The translations under genes and the position numbers were made by a program. Positions 36,883 to 49,160 of a stretch of 64,000 nucleotides of DNA are shown piece after piece (positions within the stretch are counted from its first letter, which is position 1; every line of letters begins with the position of its first letter). Under the pieces are notes generated by a model. It was given only the letters and a program-made list of their open reading frames with translations, searched no databases and was not told the DNA's origin. This DNA is from Rebecca billardiae RCC1528 (Eukaryota > Protista > Haptophyta): the NCBI GenBank assembly GCA_965240325.2, contig OZ251226.1, forward strand, positions 2,294,001 to 2,358,000. The letters run 5' to 3'.

Positions 36883-38471
36883 AATGGCTGGAGGACTGCA
36901 ATGTCCACCGAGCAACACGGTTATTCTTGGTATTTTCTATAGTTTCTATATTTCGATCATGCCCGAGTGAACGACTATGAAGGCTGTGCAGGATGGAGAC
37001 CGGCGCGCGGCGCGCACGTGCGCTTGCGGAGCGCGTGGATTTGCCTACGGTCCGTGCTAACGCGCGTGCGCTGAGGCCGCACGCCGCCTCCTCGTCGCGG
37101 GATGACGTGTGACCCAAGCCAACGGGCGTAGGTCCCCGCCGTGTCCAAAACGTGCCGCGCACCGGGGAGAGCGAGTGGCGTGTGCGGTGTGCGCCGGTAG
37201 GCGCTTTGCGTGTGCTGCCCAATAGGGTGGTCTACCACGCCCGCACCAAATCGCGTCTCAAGAACACTTACACTTCGCGGGGCTGCGCGGACGGCGCGCA
37301 TCGCATGCCGGAGCAGTGCCATTTCGTTGTGCTTTGACGCCGGAGGAGACATCGGAAGGAATGAGTGAGCTGTGCATGACTGACGCCAGCCAGAGGACGC
37401 ATATGCCGTGGTATTGAAGCCATCTCTCTCGACCATCGTAGAGCGCGCTTACCGACTTCAACTGGCGCCTTGGGCGCGCGCTCCTTGCAGGCCCATATCG
37501 CCCATGCCGTGAACGGCTGGGTGCATGCTCCAGTCGACAGTCGTCGGCCTCGTTGACGGACTTGACCGGCGTCACCGTGTCGGCTTCCGCTGTTCAGAAT
37601 GTCAGTTGTCACCTTGCTGCTGTGCCGACTGGCACTTGTGCACCTCAGCCAGTAGTACGGCCGCGGCACTGCTCGCGATCTCTACGGAGGACACCAATAT
37701 GCCTTCGCGCATCGGCATCTCGCTGCCTGCGGCGACCAGGCTCATGCATGGCTACGATCGGCCGTCTGTCTGATGCGCCGAGAATCATGCACGCATACTG
37801 TACTGGAGAGCGTGCGATGTAGGATGGCGCGGCAACCTGCCACCGTCACCGTGAGCCTTACGCACGTTAAAACAAATAAACTGTAGTGCTGTCACAGCGT
37901 GGCAGGAGCGGCTGGAGGTGCGGCGCGCAGCGCAGGAATGCACATGCTGCTCACGCGCCGCTACTCATCCGCCGCGCGCCGCATCAGCTTGAGCTCGCAA
38001 TTGCATGGCTGCAGAAGCGCGAGGCGGGCCGTGTCTGGTCTCTTGCTGGTGGCGGTTGGAAGGTTTAGTCATAACAGTGGCACTTTTGGAGCGCGTGCAG
38101 CGGTGGATGAAGCGGCGCGGTAGAACAGCGCAATTGGAAGATGCAGCGCATTCCCGAATATTCTCGGGTACTGTGCGAACAATCTCATCAAATCCAATTC
38201 ATGATGATGACCGAAAACGCTCATTTTCGAATTTCGATCATGCGTTTTGATGATGGGGTGCCATTATGTCACACACCCAAACATCATTCGGTTCATGCTG
38301 TCGTGAGCCACCCAAAACTAATCATTGTACGAAGTTACGACCGAATTGATGCGTTATTACCCAAGATTTACCTGGACGCATCCACTTCGATTTGCCAAGC
38401 GCTCGCGGTCGTCGGGGGACCGAGTGAGTGCTTCGACCCTGAGCACGATCCACGGGCCCTGGCCCCTGGCC

Positions 38472-40397
38472 ATGGGCGCACAGCGGCGACGCGTGTGGTC
38501 AGAGGACGAGGACAAGCTCCTTCGTGAACTGGTCGAGCAGTACGGCGACGATTCGCAGTGGAATGCCATCTCGCGGCGGCACGGGACACGCAGCGAGTGG
38601 CAGTGCCGCGAGCGCTGGAGGAACCATCTGCGTCCCGGGGTGAACAAGGACCCTTGGACCGAGGAGGAGGACGCACTCATCTTGCAGGGGGTGCATCAGC
38701 ACAATATGGCACGCGCTCTTCGCGCGCGCGCTCGGCGTATCGCCATGTTCCATGCGCTCGCGCCTGTGTTTGGACTGTTGTTGACAGTAGGGCTGACCGC
38801 GCGTGGCGCTTCGTCCGACCCCTGCTCCTCCCTCGCGCGCCGCATACCGCAGCGCTGGAAGCAGCTATCCTTCGTGCTCCCCGGTCGAAACGGGCACTGC
38901 ATCAAGAACAGGTACTTCGCCATCTGCAAGAAGCGGGGGCCGGCGGCCGCCGCGCGCAGGCACGCGGCACGTGGTCCGATTGTCGTCTTGCCCACCGGCA
39001 CGTCGTGGCAGACGATGAGCTCCGCCTCGCCTCCCGTGCAGGGAATCGTGGTCAACTCTAGCTCAGCGCTCGGGCCGGCAGGTGCACGTGTGGTCGACGG
39101 CACGGCATCAGCGCGACCGCCCGATCCGTGCGGCATCCTATTGGGCGCCGCAAGTGCCGCTTGTCAGCACCTCGCGTTGGCAGACGCGGCTGCGAGCGTG
39201 CGAGCGTCGGTCCCGGCCTCGGTTGCCGCCGGGCTGGGCTGTGATCCTGTTGGGACGGGCAGCATCTCGCAGAGCGTCCGCGCCAAGGTGCTGCATCTGG
39301 CGACTACGCAGCCCCCGGCACCGCTGGCGATGGCCCTCCGTGTCGCCGAGCATGAGCTGCCGGGACGGGCGCTCGCGTCCGCAGTGCTGCCGGCCTTAGC
39401 ATCATCAGTGGACGGAGCAGCAGTCGGCGGTGGCGACGGTGTGCTCGTTGGCGGCGGAAGTCTCGACGAGTGGTCGCGTGATGCGGCACTGCAGCCGCTG
39501 CTGCCTTCGATGCAGCAGGCTTGCACGCCGCGCCCGACGGCTTCTTCTCAGCATCGATGCGCCGCGAGCTCGTGGCCATATGCTCTCCGGCGGGCCGGCG
39601 GGCCGGCGGTGTCCGCGATCGCGACCGGCCGCGGAGAGAGCGGCGCACCGCACCTATGGAGCGGAGCGCCAGCGCAGACCCTTCGCACGGCTCCCGGGCT
39701 CGGCGCGACTTTGGCATGCCCACCTCGCCCACCGCACCCTACCGGCCGCTTCAGCGCCGCCAGCGCACAGCACGCGCCGCCCGAGCAGCTGCTCTTTCCT
39801 GACGCCCGCGCACCCATGCTCCCAGAGCAGGAGGACGCCATGGCTGCCGCCCTTATCTCGCGGCTCGGCTCCAACCGGAAAGGGCTGCGTCAGGCGACCT
39901 CCATGCGGCCATACGCTCCCATCCTCGGCGATGAGCTCGCAGATCTGCGCGAGGCACTGACCGGCGATGATCTGGCACATCTGCGCGAGGCTCTGACCCT
40001 TCGGGGCGACGTTGCGCACCGGTCTGCTTCGTGGCTCGACATGCGCGACCGTGATGATCTCCCGGCGGCGCTGCCGTGGAACCGAGTCGAAGCGGCGCCT
40101 GATACGCCCTTGCCCGACACGTGGGCTGCCGCGTGGTCGGCGCGCGAGCAGCTTCTCCTGAATCGCGATCGCACTTGGCTCTCCGAGGCGGCCTGCTATC
40201 AGCGCTGCGCAGGCGCCGGGCAGCCTCAGCCAGGCGGTGCGATGGATTCGCATGCGCAGTGGCCCGGCGCAGCGGCTGATGCGACCGCATCTGCGCTGCC
40301 TGGGGCCGTGCCCTATGCCGATCATTACCACCTCCATGTCCATCCTGCCGCCCGAGGAGGTTCCCTCGGCAGCACTACGTGGGGCCCGCCGCATTGA
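38472..40397 (+). CDS. Two-repeat (R2R3-type) Myb transcription factor. GC-AG intron 38709-38852
   Basis: WSEDEDKLL...W..I...R...QCRERWRNHLRPGVNKDPWTEEED...; removing the 144-nt intron restores canonical Trp spacing (HNM|RWKQLSFVLPGRNGHCIKNRY). Confidence 0.9.
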   Translation: MGAQRRRVWSEDEDKLLRELVEQYGDDSQWNAISRRHGTRSEWQCRERWRNHLRPGVNKDPWTEEEDALILQGVHQHNMARALRARARRIAMFHALAPVFGLLLTVGLTARGASSDPCSSLARRIPQRWKQLSFVLPGRNGHCIKNRYFAICKKRGPAAAARRHAARGPIVVLPTGTSWQTMSSASPPVQGIVVNSSSALGPAGARVVDGTASARPPDPCGILLGAASAACQHLALADAAASVRASVPASVAAGLGCDPVGTGSISQSVRAKVLHLATTQPPAPLAMALRVAEHELPGRALASAVLPALASSVDGAAVGGGDGVLVGGGSLDEWSRDAALQPLLPSMQQACTPRPTASSQHRCAASSWPYALRRAGGPAVSAIATGRGESGAPHLWSGAPAQTLRTAPGLGATLACPPRPPHPTGRFSAASAQHAPPEQLLFPDARAPMLPEQEDAMAAALISRLGSNRKGLRQATSMRPYAPILGDELADLREALTGDDLAHLREALTLRGDVAHRSASWLDMRDRDDLPAALPWNRVEAAPDTPLPDTWAAAWSAREQLLLNRDRTWLSEAACYQRCAGAGQPQPGGAMDSHAQWPGAAADATASALPGAVPYADHYHLHVHPAARGGSLGSTTWGPPH

Positions 40398-40475
40398 TGA
40401 GTCGGTGGACCTGGAACCCACAGCAGAATTGATGACCAGCATCGCGCTGACGCATTGATGTGCCGCGATTATTTT

Positions 40476-40522
40476 TATACATACATACATACATACATAC
40501 ATACATACATACATACATACAT

Positions 40523-40554
<32 letters not shown>

Positions 40555-40644
40555 TACACACACACGACACACTGACACACGTGAGTAACACACACACACA
40601 CACGTGGTCACGTGTGCCAGTGTGTGTGTGTGTGTGTGTGTGTG
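40476..40644. repeat. (TACA)n, (CA)n and (TG)n microsatellite cluster
   Basis: Directly visible. Confidence 0.95.
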
Positions 40645-41397
40645 TCGGAGGAGTTGAAGAGCCCGAAACGACTGATGAGCTAAATATATCGGTTCGCGCG
40701 CCCGAAACCGGAAACGACTGAGCTCACGGTGAGCTAAATTGGTTCATCGCGCGAACCGATTTAGCTCAGTCGTTTCGGGCGCTCTTCAACTCCTCCGACA
40801 TAACCGTAAGTCCCCTCGGTTCGGGACAACCTGCGAGGGGTTGTAAGCTAGTCCTGTCCAGTGTTCTGACGGATTTGTTGTCGAGGTTTTTCTCTCCCCG
40901 CCTGGTCTTCTCCCAGGTCAGTCCCGCCCTGCGTGCTCGTGAGCTCGTCTGCTCTTAGGAGTGGCTTCGTAGAGGCTCCGTCTTTTGTGGGCGGTGAGCC
41001 CTTCTTGCTGCTGTGGCTTTGTGAGGCTCTTTTTGTGTCTTTGTTGTTGACCCGGGCGACTGTACCCGGAGGTTGCGCGTCGCGGACCGTGCTCGTTTTT
41101 CTGTCGTCTTCTTTGTCGTGGTCATCTCCTTCGTGCTCCCCTCTTTTTTCGTTCGTCTTTTATTTGCCGACTCCTCGCTTTTCATTGGCCCCCCCGGAGC
41201 CGCGAGGCTCTTGCGAGGTCGAAAGCGCTTCGCGTGAAAGGCCAAGAGTTCTTATGCCCGCGTGTCGGTCGCTGGATTCGAACAGGTGACTTTACGGTTG
41301 ATGTGTTGGAGGAGTTGAAGAGCCCGAAACGACTGAGCTAAATTGGTTCGCGCGAACCGATTTAGCTCAGTCGTTTCGGGCTCTTCAACTCGCGACA
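40643..41397. mobile_element. Unclassified ~750-bp element bounded by palindromic terminal repeats (40643-40800 and 41304-41397)
   Basis: Each end is a hairpin of GAGTTGAAGAGCCCGAAACGACTGAGCTAAATYGGTTCGCGCGAACCGATTTAGCTCAGTCGTTTCGGGCTCTTCAACTC, with TG...CA termini. The inner flanks are inverted repeats. Confidence 0.6.
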
Positions 41398-41448
41398 ATA
41401 TATATGCATATATATATATATATACTATGTTACTATACTATACTATAT

Positions 41449-41514
41449 ACTCTACTCTACTCTACTCTACTCTACTCTACTCTACTCTACTCTACTCTAC
41501 TCTACTCTACTCTA
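41449..41514. repeat. (CTCTA)n microsatellite preceded by (TA)n
   Basis: Directly visible. Confidence 0.95.
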
Positions 41515-42134
41515 TACCCTCTCTATCTAGTCTCTCTGACGACTCCGTGTGATCCGATCCATCAGCACCGCGTAACCGCTTAGTCCGTCAGGTGCGGAGG
41601 CCGGCACCCGCGGCCGCGGCGCCACCGTCTGAGGGCACTGATGTTAGATGATAATATGACATTTTTTTATTGCCACTCCCGGCAGTCCCGCCCACTCCGC
41701 CTCCGGCATCAGCCTCCGGCGCGGATCGCGCGCGCTTTCGCGGGATCGCCGATCCGTGATCGGCCTGTCCGTGTCGGATGCGCCTGATGAAAGTCGTGGC
41801 AAGTCGGCGAGTAGTCCTTCGCGGACTTAATATAGCAGCTTGTTTGTGATGAATTGTGGGCCGCAGGCGGCAGGCGCAGACTTGTCAGACTAGTGCCAGT
41901 CAGAGTGGCGCCGCTCACACGCTTGGCGGCAGGCTCTGTCTGCGCCGAGCCGGTCCGAGTCACTCGGCCGTTCGGTTAGCAAGCTGCTGCGATGTTCAAA
42001 AGTGTGCTGTCACAACACACCCACAGGCGCGAGTTCACGACCGCTGTGCGTCGCCATTCGCAGCATCAACGATCCGACCGACAACCTGAGGCACAGGCGT
42101 CACACGTGTGCGCGAGCTTCCAGGACGGCTATAG

Positions 42135-45100
42135 CTACTCGTCCACATCCTCCATCGCATCCGGCTCGGCCTCGTCCGCCGCCGCCTTCCCGGTGCGCTT
42201 CGCCTTCTTCTTGGGCCGAGCGGCCTTCTCAGCGTTCTCCTTCTCCTTCTCGAGCTGCTCACTCTGCGCAGCGACAAGCCGCATGGCGTGTGCGCGCGCA
42301 CGCCCGCGTCTCAATCGCTCAATCGCGCCTAACGCAGGGCAGAGCGCTCGCCATCATCTGCGCGCGCGCGCGCGCGCCGCGCGCACACCTCGAGCCTGAC
42401 GAGGTCGATCTTGAAGTCGCGCGCCGTCGAGCGCTTCATCCCTTGCACCAGGTCGATGCCCTCGCGCTTGCCCGAGCGCTTCACCAGGAGCGCCTCAAAT
42501 TGCTCGATCCGGAAGACGAGCGCAGGCACGAGCTTGCCCTCGCGCTTTGCGCGCGCCTGCGTCGCGCGCTCCTTGGTGGGCTCCTCGCTCTCAGTCGTCA
42601 TGTACGTGAGCACGCGGTAGATGTTGCGCGAGAGCTTCTGCCAGTGCAGCTGCAGGGCGCGGCGTGGCAGGCGGGCGGGCGATGGGGCGGGTGCGCGTCA
42701 GCCTGCGCGGGGGCTGCAGCGTGGGGGCTCGGACCGAGGGCTAGGCCTGCGAGGGGCGCTCGCAGCCTCTCTCGCGCGCGCGCTGCGTGCGTTGCGCGCA
42801 ACACGCCGCACAACCTTGGCGAGCTGCTCATGCTTGGGCGTGATGGCGGGCGCGAGCGTGAACGCGGTGGTGAGCACGCGGTACCCCTTCTCGAGCAGAC
42901 GCAGCGCGCGCTGCAGCGACGCGCTGCCGATGCGCGCGCTGGTGAGCACGCTGAGCGGAGCCACGACGCCGAGCAGCCGATCGAGCGTTGCGCGCTGCAG
43001 CTCGAGTGCCGGGTGTGGCGCCGCGTCCTCCTCGTCGGCGCTCCCGTCCTCGGCGGCCGCGTGCGCGAGCGCGCCGCCACCCGGCGGGAGCACGCGCTTG
43101 AGCACGACCAGCGCGCGCTCGATCTCGCCCAGCACGAGCTCGAGCGCGTCGAGCGCCGGCGCCAGCATCGCGTTGGCGTTGCCCTCGTGCATCAGCTCGA
43201 GATCGAACGGCGGAGCCTCGAGATCGATCGCCGCCTGGATGTCCTCGTCCTCGCCGTCCGCGGCCTGCGCGCCGCAGTCGAGCACACCGAGGTGGAAGCG
43301 CGCGTCCTCCAGCACCTTGAGCGCCGGCCACGACGAGCCGACGTGGAGCTGCGCGGGCAGTGCGAGCCAGTGCGCGACGAGCAGCCTCGGCACGTGCCCG
43401 CCCATGCTGCTGCGCGGGGCCGTCTTGCACTGCGCCTCGGCCCACGCGGCGTGCGAGGCGGCGAGCTCGGCCGGCAGCCGCGCCGCGAGCGCGCGGACGA
43501 GACGCAGGCACGCCTCCGCCTCCTTGGCCACCTTCTCCGAGTCCGCGCCGAGCAGCGAGGCGAGCATGTGCTCGGCGCGCGTGCGGAGGGCCTCGCTCAC
43601 AGCCGCGCCGGCCGTCTCCTGGGCTGGCCTGCCGAGCGGCGGCGCGCAGCGCGCGGCGTCTTCGGTGCGGCGCGCGCTGGCGCCGGAGAGCTGCTGCGCG
43701 CCGCCGTCCTCCGCCGCGCCGGCCGCGCGCAGCGCCTGCGCGAGCGTCGACCGATCGGGCGCGGCGCGCACGAGCGCCTCCAGCGCGTCGAGCGTGAGCG
43801 CCGCGTAAGGCCTGCTCTCGCGCGAGCGAGCGTCGGGACCGTCCTTGGCGGCGCCGCCCTCCTTGCCGCCGCCGCCCGGAGGGTGGGTCTTGGGCTCGGC
43901 GTCGGCGGCGGCGCCGGCGGCTTCGACGCGCGCGTCTTTGGCCGCGGGCGCCAACGCGCTCTCCACCGCCCTCGCCACCGCCTTCTCCGCCTCTGCGAAG
44001 AGGAGGGGCAGCAGGCTGCGCGTGTGCGCGCCGCGCGCGCTCGCAGACGCGCCGCTCGCCTGCAGCGCGCGCATCGCGCTGCTCACGGCGAAGCGCAGGA
44101 GGTGCCCGCCGCCCGGCGCGCGCAGCAGCGCGACGTCGCGCTGACCGTCGCCCGCCGCCGACTCGGCGCCGCCGCCGCCGCCGTCCACCTCGTGCGCGAG
44201 CTGCAGCAGCCGCTCGCACGCCGAGAGGGCCATCGGGAAGTCCACAGACGGGAACGACTTGGAGCCGCCCGCCGCCTGCGTGCCGCCGCCGCCGCCCTTG
44301 GCGCCCTTGGACGGCGCGGCGCCGCCGGTCTTGAGGAGCGCGCCGATCTCGGCGTGCAGCGCGAGGAACGACGCGGCGCACTCCACCGCGCCCGCGCCCG
44401 CGGGGCACAGCTGCGCGCCGCGCGCGCCGAGCGCCGCCTCGGCGAGCGTGACGCACGCGCCCTGCAGCAAGTGCGCGCGCAGCACGTTCTCCTCGCCCGC
44501 CGCGTCGAAGGCGATGCCCTGGACGAAGCCAAAGTCCGCGGCCTTGCTCGCGCGCACGCGCGCGAAGATGTCGGCGAGCACCGACGGCTCGGCCGGGCCG
44601 TGCGGCGCGCCGCCGTCCGGCATGCCGGACTCGACCGCGACCAGGCTGCGCATGAGCAGACCCAGGGGCTCGACCTCGGCCGCGACGACGCCCCGGCCCG
44701 CGACCGCCGACGGCGCGAGCGCGACGCACTCGCTCAGGCGGAGCACCTCGCGAGAGGAGCGGTCGGGCTCGTGGTACTTGGCGAGGTGCGCGCACAGCAG
44801 CTCGTGCACCGCGCGGCGCAGGTGCGGCCGCTGCTCCGCCACCTGCGGCAGCCCCGCGTACAGCCGCGCGCGCACGGCCGGCTGGTGCGACAGGCAGCGC
44901 TTCACAAAGCCGAGCATCTCGGCGTCCGACTGGCTGGGGGCCGGCGCGGCGCCGGGCGCGGCGCTGCTCGAGGCCGCGCCGCCGCCGTCGCGCGCATGCG
45001 CGAGCAGCAGCAGGAAGCCGCGCACCGCCACCAGCCGCGCGCCCTCGTCGCGCTGGAACGCGGCCTTGCGCAGCGCGAGCACGAGCGCGTCGCGCAGCTC

Positions 45101-46867
45101 GAGCCGGTGCGAGCACAGCGGCAGCAGCGCGGCAAACAGCTGCGCGCCCGCGTCGGGGGGCAGGTGCGCGGCGTACGCCAGCGTCTCGCGCAGCCGCGGC
45201 ACGTGGCCCATCACCATGTGCGGCACCGTGCGCGTGAGCCGCTCGAGCAGCTCGACCCACCGCTCGCACGAGGGCGCGCGCGCGGCGACGCGCGCGAGCA
45301 GCAGCTCGAGGACCTCCGCCTGCGCGGCGTCGTGGTTGCGGAACACCTCGACGAGGGTGTTCGCGCCGAGGCGGGCGAGGCGGTTGGCGGCGCTCATGGC
45401 GTGCGCGCTCTCGTCGTCGTCGCCGCCCGAGCCGCCCGTGCCGCTCGCCGGGCCGCCGCCGTTGTCGCCGAGCGCGTGGAGCGCGCCGGCGGTCGCCTTG
45501 CCGCGCGAGTCGGACGCGCCCGCGCCCGCCGCGCCGCCGCCGCCCGGGGCCGCCGCGCCCGCGTCCATCCAGATCGTCGCGAGCGAGACGACGGAGGGCA
45601 GCAGGTGCTCGGGCCCGCCGCGCCGCGTGATGCGCGCGAGCAGCGGCGCGACGCGCGGCGCCCGCAGCGGGCGCACCGCCTGCTCGAGCCACGGCGAGAC
45701 GAACGTCCAGCTGGCCTCGCGGTGCGCGCTGCGCACCGCGCCGGACAGCCACGCAAGCGCCTCGTCTTCGAAGCGCGGCTGGCGCGCGAGCAGGAGCAGC
45801 AGGGCGAGCGAGAACGAGCTGAGCTGGAGCGAGTGCGACTTGAGCATCTTGAGCAGCGTCGTGCCCAGCCCGTGGTCCTGCCGCATCGCCAGGTCGATGT
45901 TGAGGATGACGGTGCCCTGCACGTGCTGCAGCTCCTCCGGGTCGAGCGCGCTCGCGTGCTGGATGCCCTGCGACGCGAGCAGCTCGCCCGCGGCGAGGCC
46001 GTCGCCGCTCTCAAAGTCCTCCTCCTCGTCGTCGTCGCCGTCGTCGCCGTCGTCGCCCCCCGCCTCGTCCGCCGCGCCCGCGCGCGCCGCGCCCCGCCGC
46101 TCGCGGTGCGCCGCGCGCGCCTGCTGCCCGAGCGCGTCAAAGTGGGTCGCGAGGCCGCTCAGGACCTCGAGCTTGCACCCGCGCCCGGCGAGCAGCAGCA
46201 GCTGGTACACGAGCGCGGGCTTCTGCTGCAGCTCGACGTGGGCGGCGAGACGCAGCGCCTTGCGCACGACGACGCGCAGCTGCGCGTCCGTGAGCGGGAT
46301 GTCGCGCAGCGTGCACAGCAGCGGCAGCAGCGCCAGCGGCCGCCACTCGTGCTGGCACACGCGCGCGAGCACGAGCTCCTGGAACTCGGCGTAGTGCGCC
46401 GTGCGCCGCTCGGCGCCGTCGGCGTATGAGATGGACTCGGCACACGCGAGCAGGGCCAGGCACTTGGGCAGCACCTGGTGCACCTTCACCTCGCCCACGC
46501 TGGCCACGCTGCGGCCGAGGCCGGCGAGGATGGCGAGCACAATCTCGGCGACGCTCGTCGGCGAGAGGCCGTCGAGCTCGGCGGCGACGAGCGCGAGGGC
46601 GTTCTTGGCTGCGCGCTCGCCGATCGTCGTCGACTCGTCGATCACGACCAGCGTGTGCCGCAGCAGGGCCGCGCGCTTCTTCTCGCCCTCGTCCGATTGA
46701 TGCGCCGAGCTCAGCACGGCTTGCAGAAGCTCGCCGGGGTTGGCGGAGGCGGACAGCGCCGCCTGCACGTCGGCGTCCCGGAGCGAGCGCGCGAGCTGAC
46801 TCGCGCGCTGCTTGTCGCCCTCCTTGTGCGCTGCGATGAGCTGCTGCACGGCTGACGGCGGCGCCAT
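42135..46867 (-). CDS. FANCI: Fanconi anemia group I protein homologue. Introns 42650-42814 and 42264-42388
   Basis: PALVYQLLLL, HVQGTVILNI, LVLALRKAAFQR..ARLVAVRGFL (ubiquitination-site region) and C-terminal KLVPALVFRIEQFE...MKRSTARDFKI. Confidence 0.88.
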
Positions 46868-47126
46868 GCCTGCGGCGCGCGCGAGCACCGAGGGGCTCGC
46901 GATCGCGCGAGTGGCAAACTCGATTGAAGAGGGAGGCGGAAGGAGCCAAACGGCTGTGTTGCTGAGTTGCTCAGCCAGCTCAGGAGGACGCACAGCACTC
47001 GTGCGCGCGTCCGGAGCCACCCCGACACTCACAGCAACGGTCCGGGAGGGCATGGGAGGCGGGGGAGAGTGCGGCTGCTTGCCCTTTGCCAACGACTTAC
47101 ACGGCACGGCGTGAGCGCGGCTCGCC

Positions 47127-49160
47127 ATGGAGGTGGACGCGCACGCCTCCGAGGAGCAGGCGCCCTCGGCGAGCGTCGGCGGCTGGCAGTGCTCGCTCTC
47201 GGTGAACATGCGTCACCTCGCGCGCGTCCTCGGCACCTTCGACAAGATCGGTCGCGACCTCTACATCGAGGCGCTGCCCGACCGGCTGCTGCTGCGTACG
47301 CTGAACACGGCGCAATCGGCGTTCTGCCTGTGCACGCTGCCGGCGGGCATGTTCGACGAGTTCTGCGTGGACGAGAACCCTCCCAACGTGAAGATCTGGC
47401 TCAAGGTCCGCGCCCTACCCACGCTGCGATGGCTTGCGAGTGCGATCCGCGCGCCGGCTTGCATGCGGGCAGGCGCTCACATTCGCACGCGAGCGCGCAC
47501 ACGTGCGCGCGCGTGCGGACAGCTGCTGTCCCCGCTCTTCCGCGCGCAGAATGTCGAGCGCACGCTCCTACAGCTGATCAACCACGGTGCCTCGTCGTAT
47601 CTGCGCGTGAAGCTCAAGTGCTTGAATGGTGTGGCGCGCAGCCGCCAAACGCGCGGACTGGCCGCGCACCTCTCGACCGAGCGGTGCGCGGTCGAGCGGT
47701 GGGCAGGTGCCCACCTCTCGACCTAGGCGCATCCCTCGACCGAGCGGCCCCTGCGCGCCGCCCGTCGCCCGCCGCCTCGCGCAGGGCTCGAGAAGACCTT
47801 CGACCTCTCCTACGAGGAGATCGTGCCTGTGAACGCCATGTACGACGCGGACGCGTGCCCACACCGGATCTGCACCGACCCGCGCCTGCTGCTCGACTGC
47901 GTGCAGAACCTGCCGACAGGGCTGCACGAGCTGATGCTCGTGGTCTCTCCCGGGAAGCTGGTCGTTCGGAACGACGTGGATGACAACCAGCGTGACAACG
48001 CCGTGCAGACGGAGATGACCGTCGCGCCCGGCGACCTGCAGGAGTTCCACCTCGGCGCGCTCGCCAGCAACCCGCTCCGGATCGGCTTCGGCACGCGCGA
48101 GTTCAAGGCGATGCTCTCATTTGCAGAGACGACGCAGACGTCCATCGTGCTGCACTTCGACGTGGGCGGGCAGCCCGTGATCCTCGTAGCCGAGGTCGGC
48201 GACGGCATGCCCCACGAGCGCGCGCGCGTCGAGTGCGTCATCGCGAGCGTCGTCGACCAGGCCGCGGCGGCGGCTGCTATCTTCGGCGACGACGACCTCG
48301 GCTTTGCCCCCGGATTCGACGGGACCGGCGCAGGCGAGAACGTCGACGCGCCGATGCCGGAGGCGGGCGCCGGCCGTCCGGCGGGGCACGGCGGGGCGGC
48401 GGGCCCGGCCGAGGGTGCCGCTCCGCCGCCGCGCCCGCCGCCCTCCAACATGGACTGGTATGGCGGGAGCCTCCCATCTGGCGCGCACGCCGGCGACCCG
48501 TATGGCTCGCAGCAGATTGGCACGGCCCCGCGAACTTCATCTGGTCCTGCTGCCGACCGGGCGCCATCGTCCAACCCGTCGCAGCCGCGAGCGCCGTCGC
48601 TCGACGCGGGCGGGCCGCCGGGCGGCGGTGGAAGCGTGCGCCCGTCGCACGACCGCATTGGGCTGGACTCAGTCGAGACCGTGACGCCGACCGACGACGG
48701 CGCTCACGCACGCGCCCGCGCGGCGGCTGCGCCGCCCGCGGGCATGGCGCATGCGATGGGTGGTGGCCACGCCGCCATGGATGCGCACGCGCACGGCCGG
48801 GCGCCGAGCGCCGTGGGCGACCAGGCGCCCATGGCGCCGCACATGGCGCCCGCACTGCCAGCATCGCACGCTGCAGCACCGCTCCCTGGCGCGGAGCTGG
48901 GGCCACCCACGCACGGCACTGCGGCCACAGCCGATGCAGCGCGGGGGCCGTCGCAGCCACACACGCCACCTGACACGGACGACGACGAGGATGCCGTCGG
49001 CGGCACTCCGCCTGACTCGCCGTCCAAACGGCTGTGCGTCGAGGGCGGCTTCGCCCAGCAGTTTGCGAGCAGGATGCCGCACGCCTCCGCTGCGACTGCT
49101 GCCGCAGCTGCCACCCACGGCAGCGACGGTGCAAACCCGTCAATGCTCGCGCCACGCTGA
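47127..49160 (+). CDS. RAD9: Checkpoint clamp (9-1-1) subunit Rad9. Introns 47406-47522 and 47629-47784
   Basis: KIGRDLYIEALPDRLLLRTLNTAQSAF, VQTEMTV, FGTREFKAMLSFAE, LHFDVGGQPVI, then a disordered C-terminal tail. Confidence 0.88.

Noticed and set aside
36975-37822. Short ORFs upstream of the Myb gene
   Set aside because: No recognisable domain or consistent exon chain.
40655-40710. Hammerhead-like words (CTGATGAG...CGAAAC; TTGAAGAGCCCGAAAC)
   Set aside because: Stem II cannot form properly, and CTGATGA arises from a 3-nt duplication absent from the other copy.
40955-41245. Lys/Thr-rich 96-aa ORF inside the hairpin-ended element
   Set aside because: Explained by strand compositional skew; no domain evidence.
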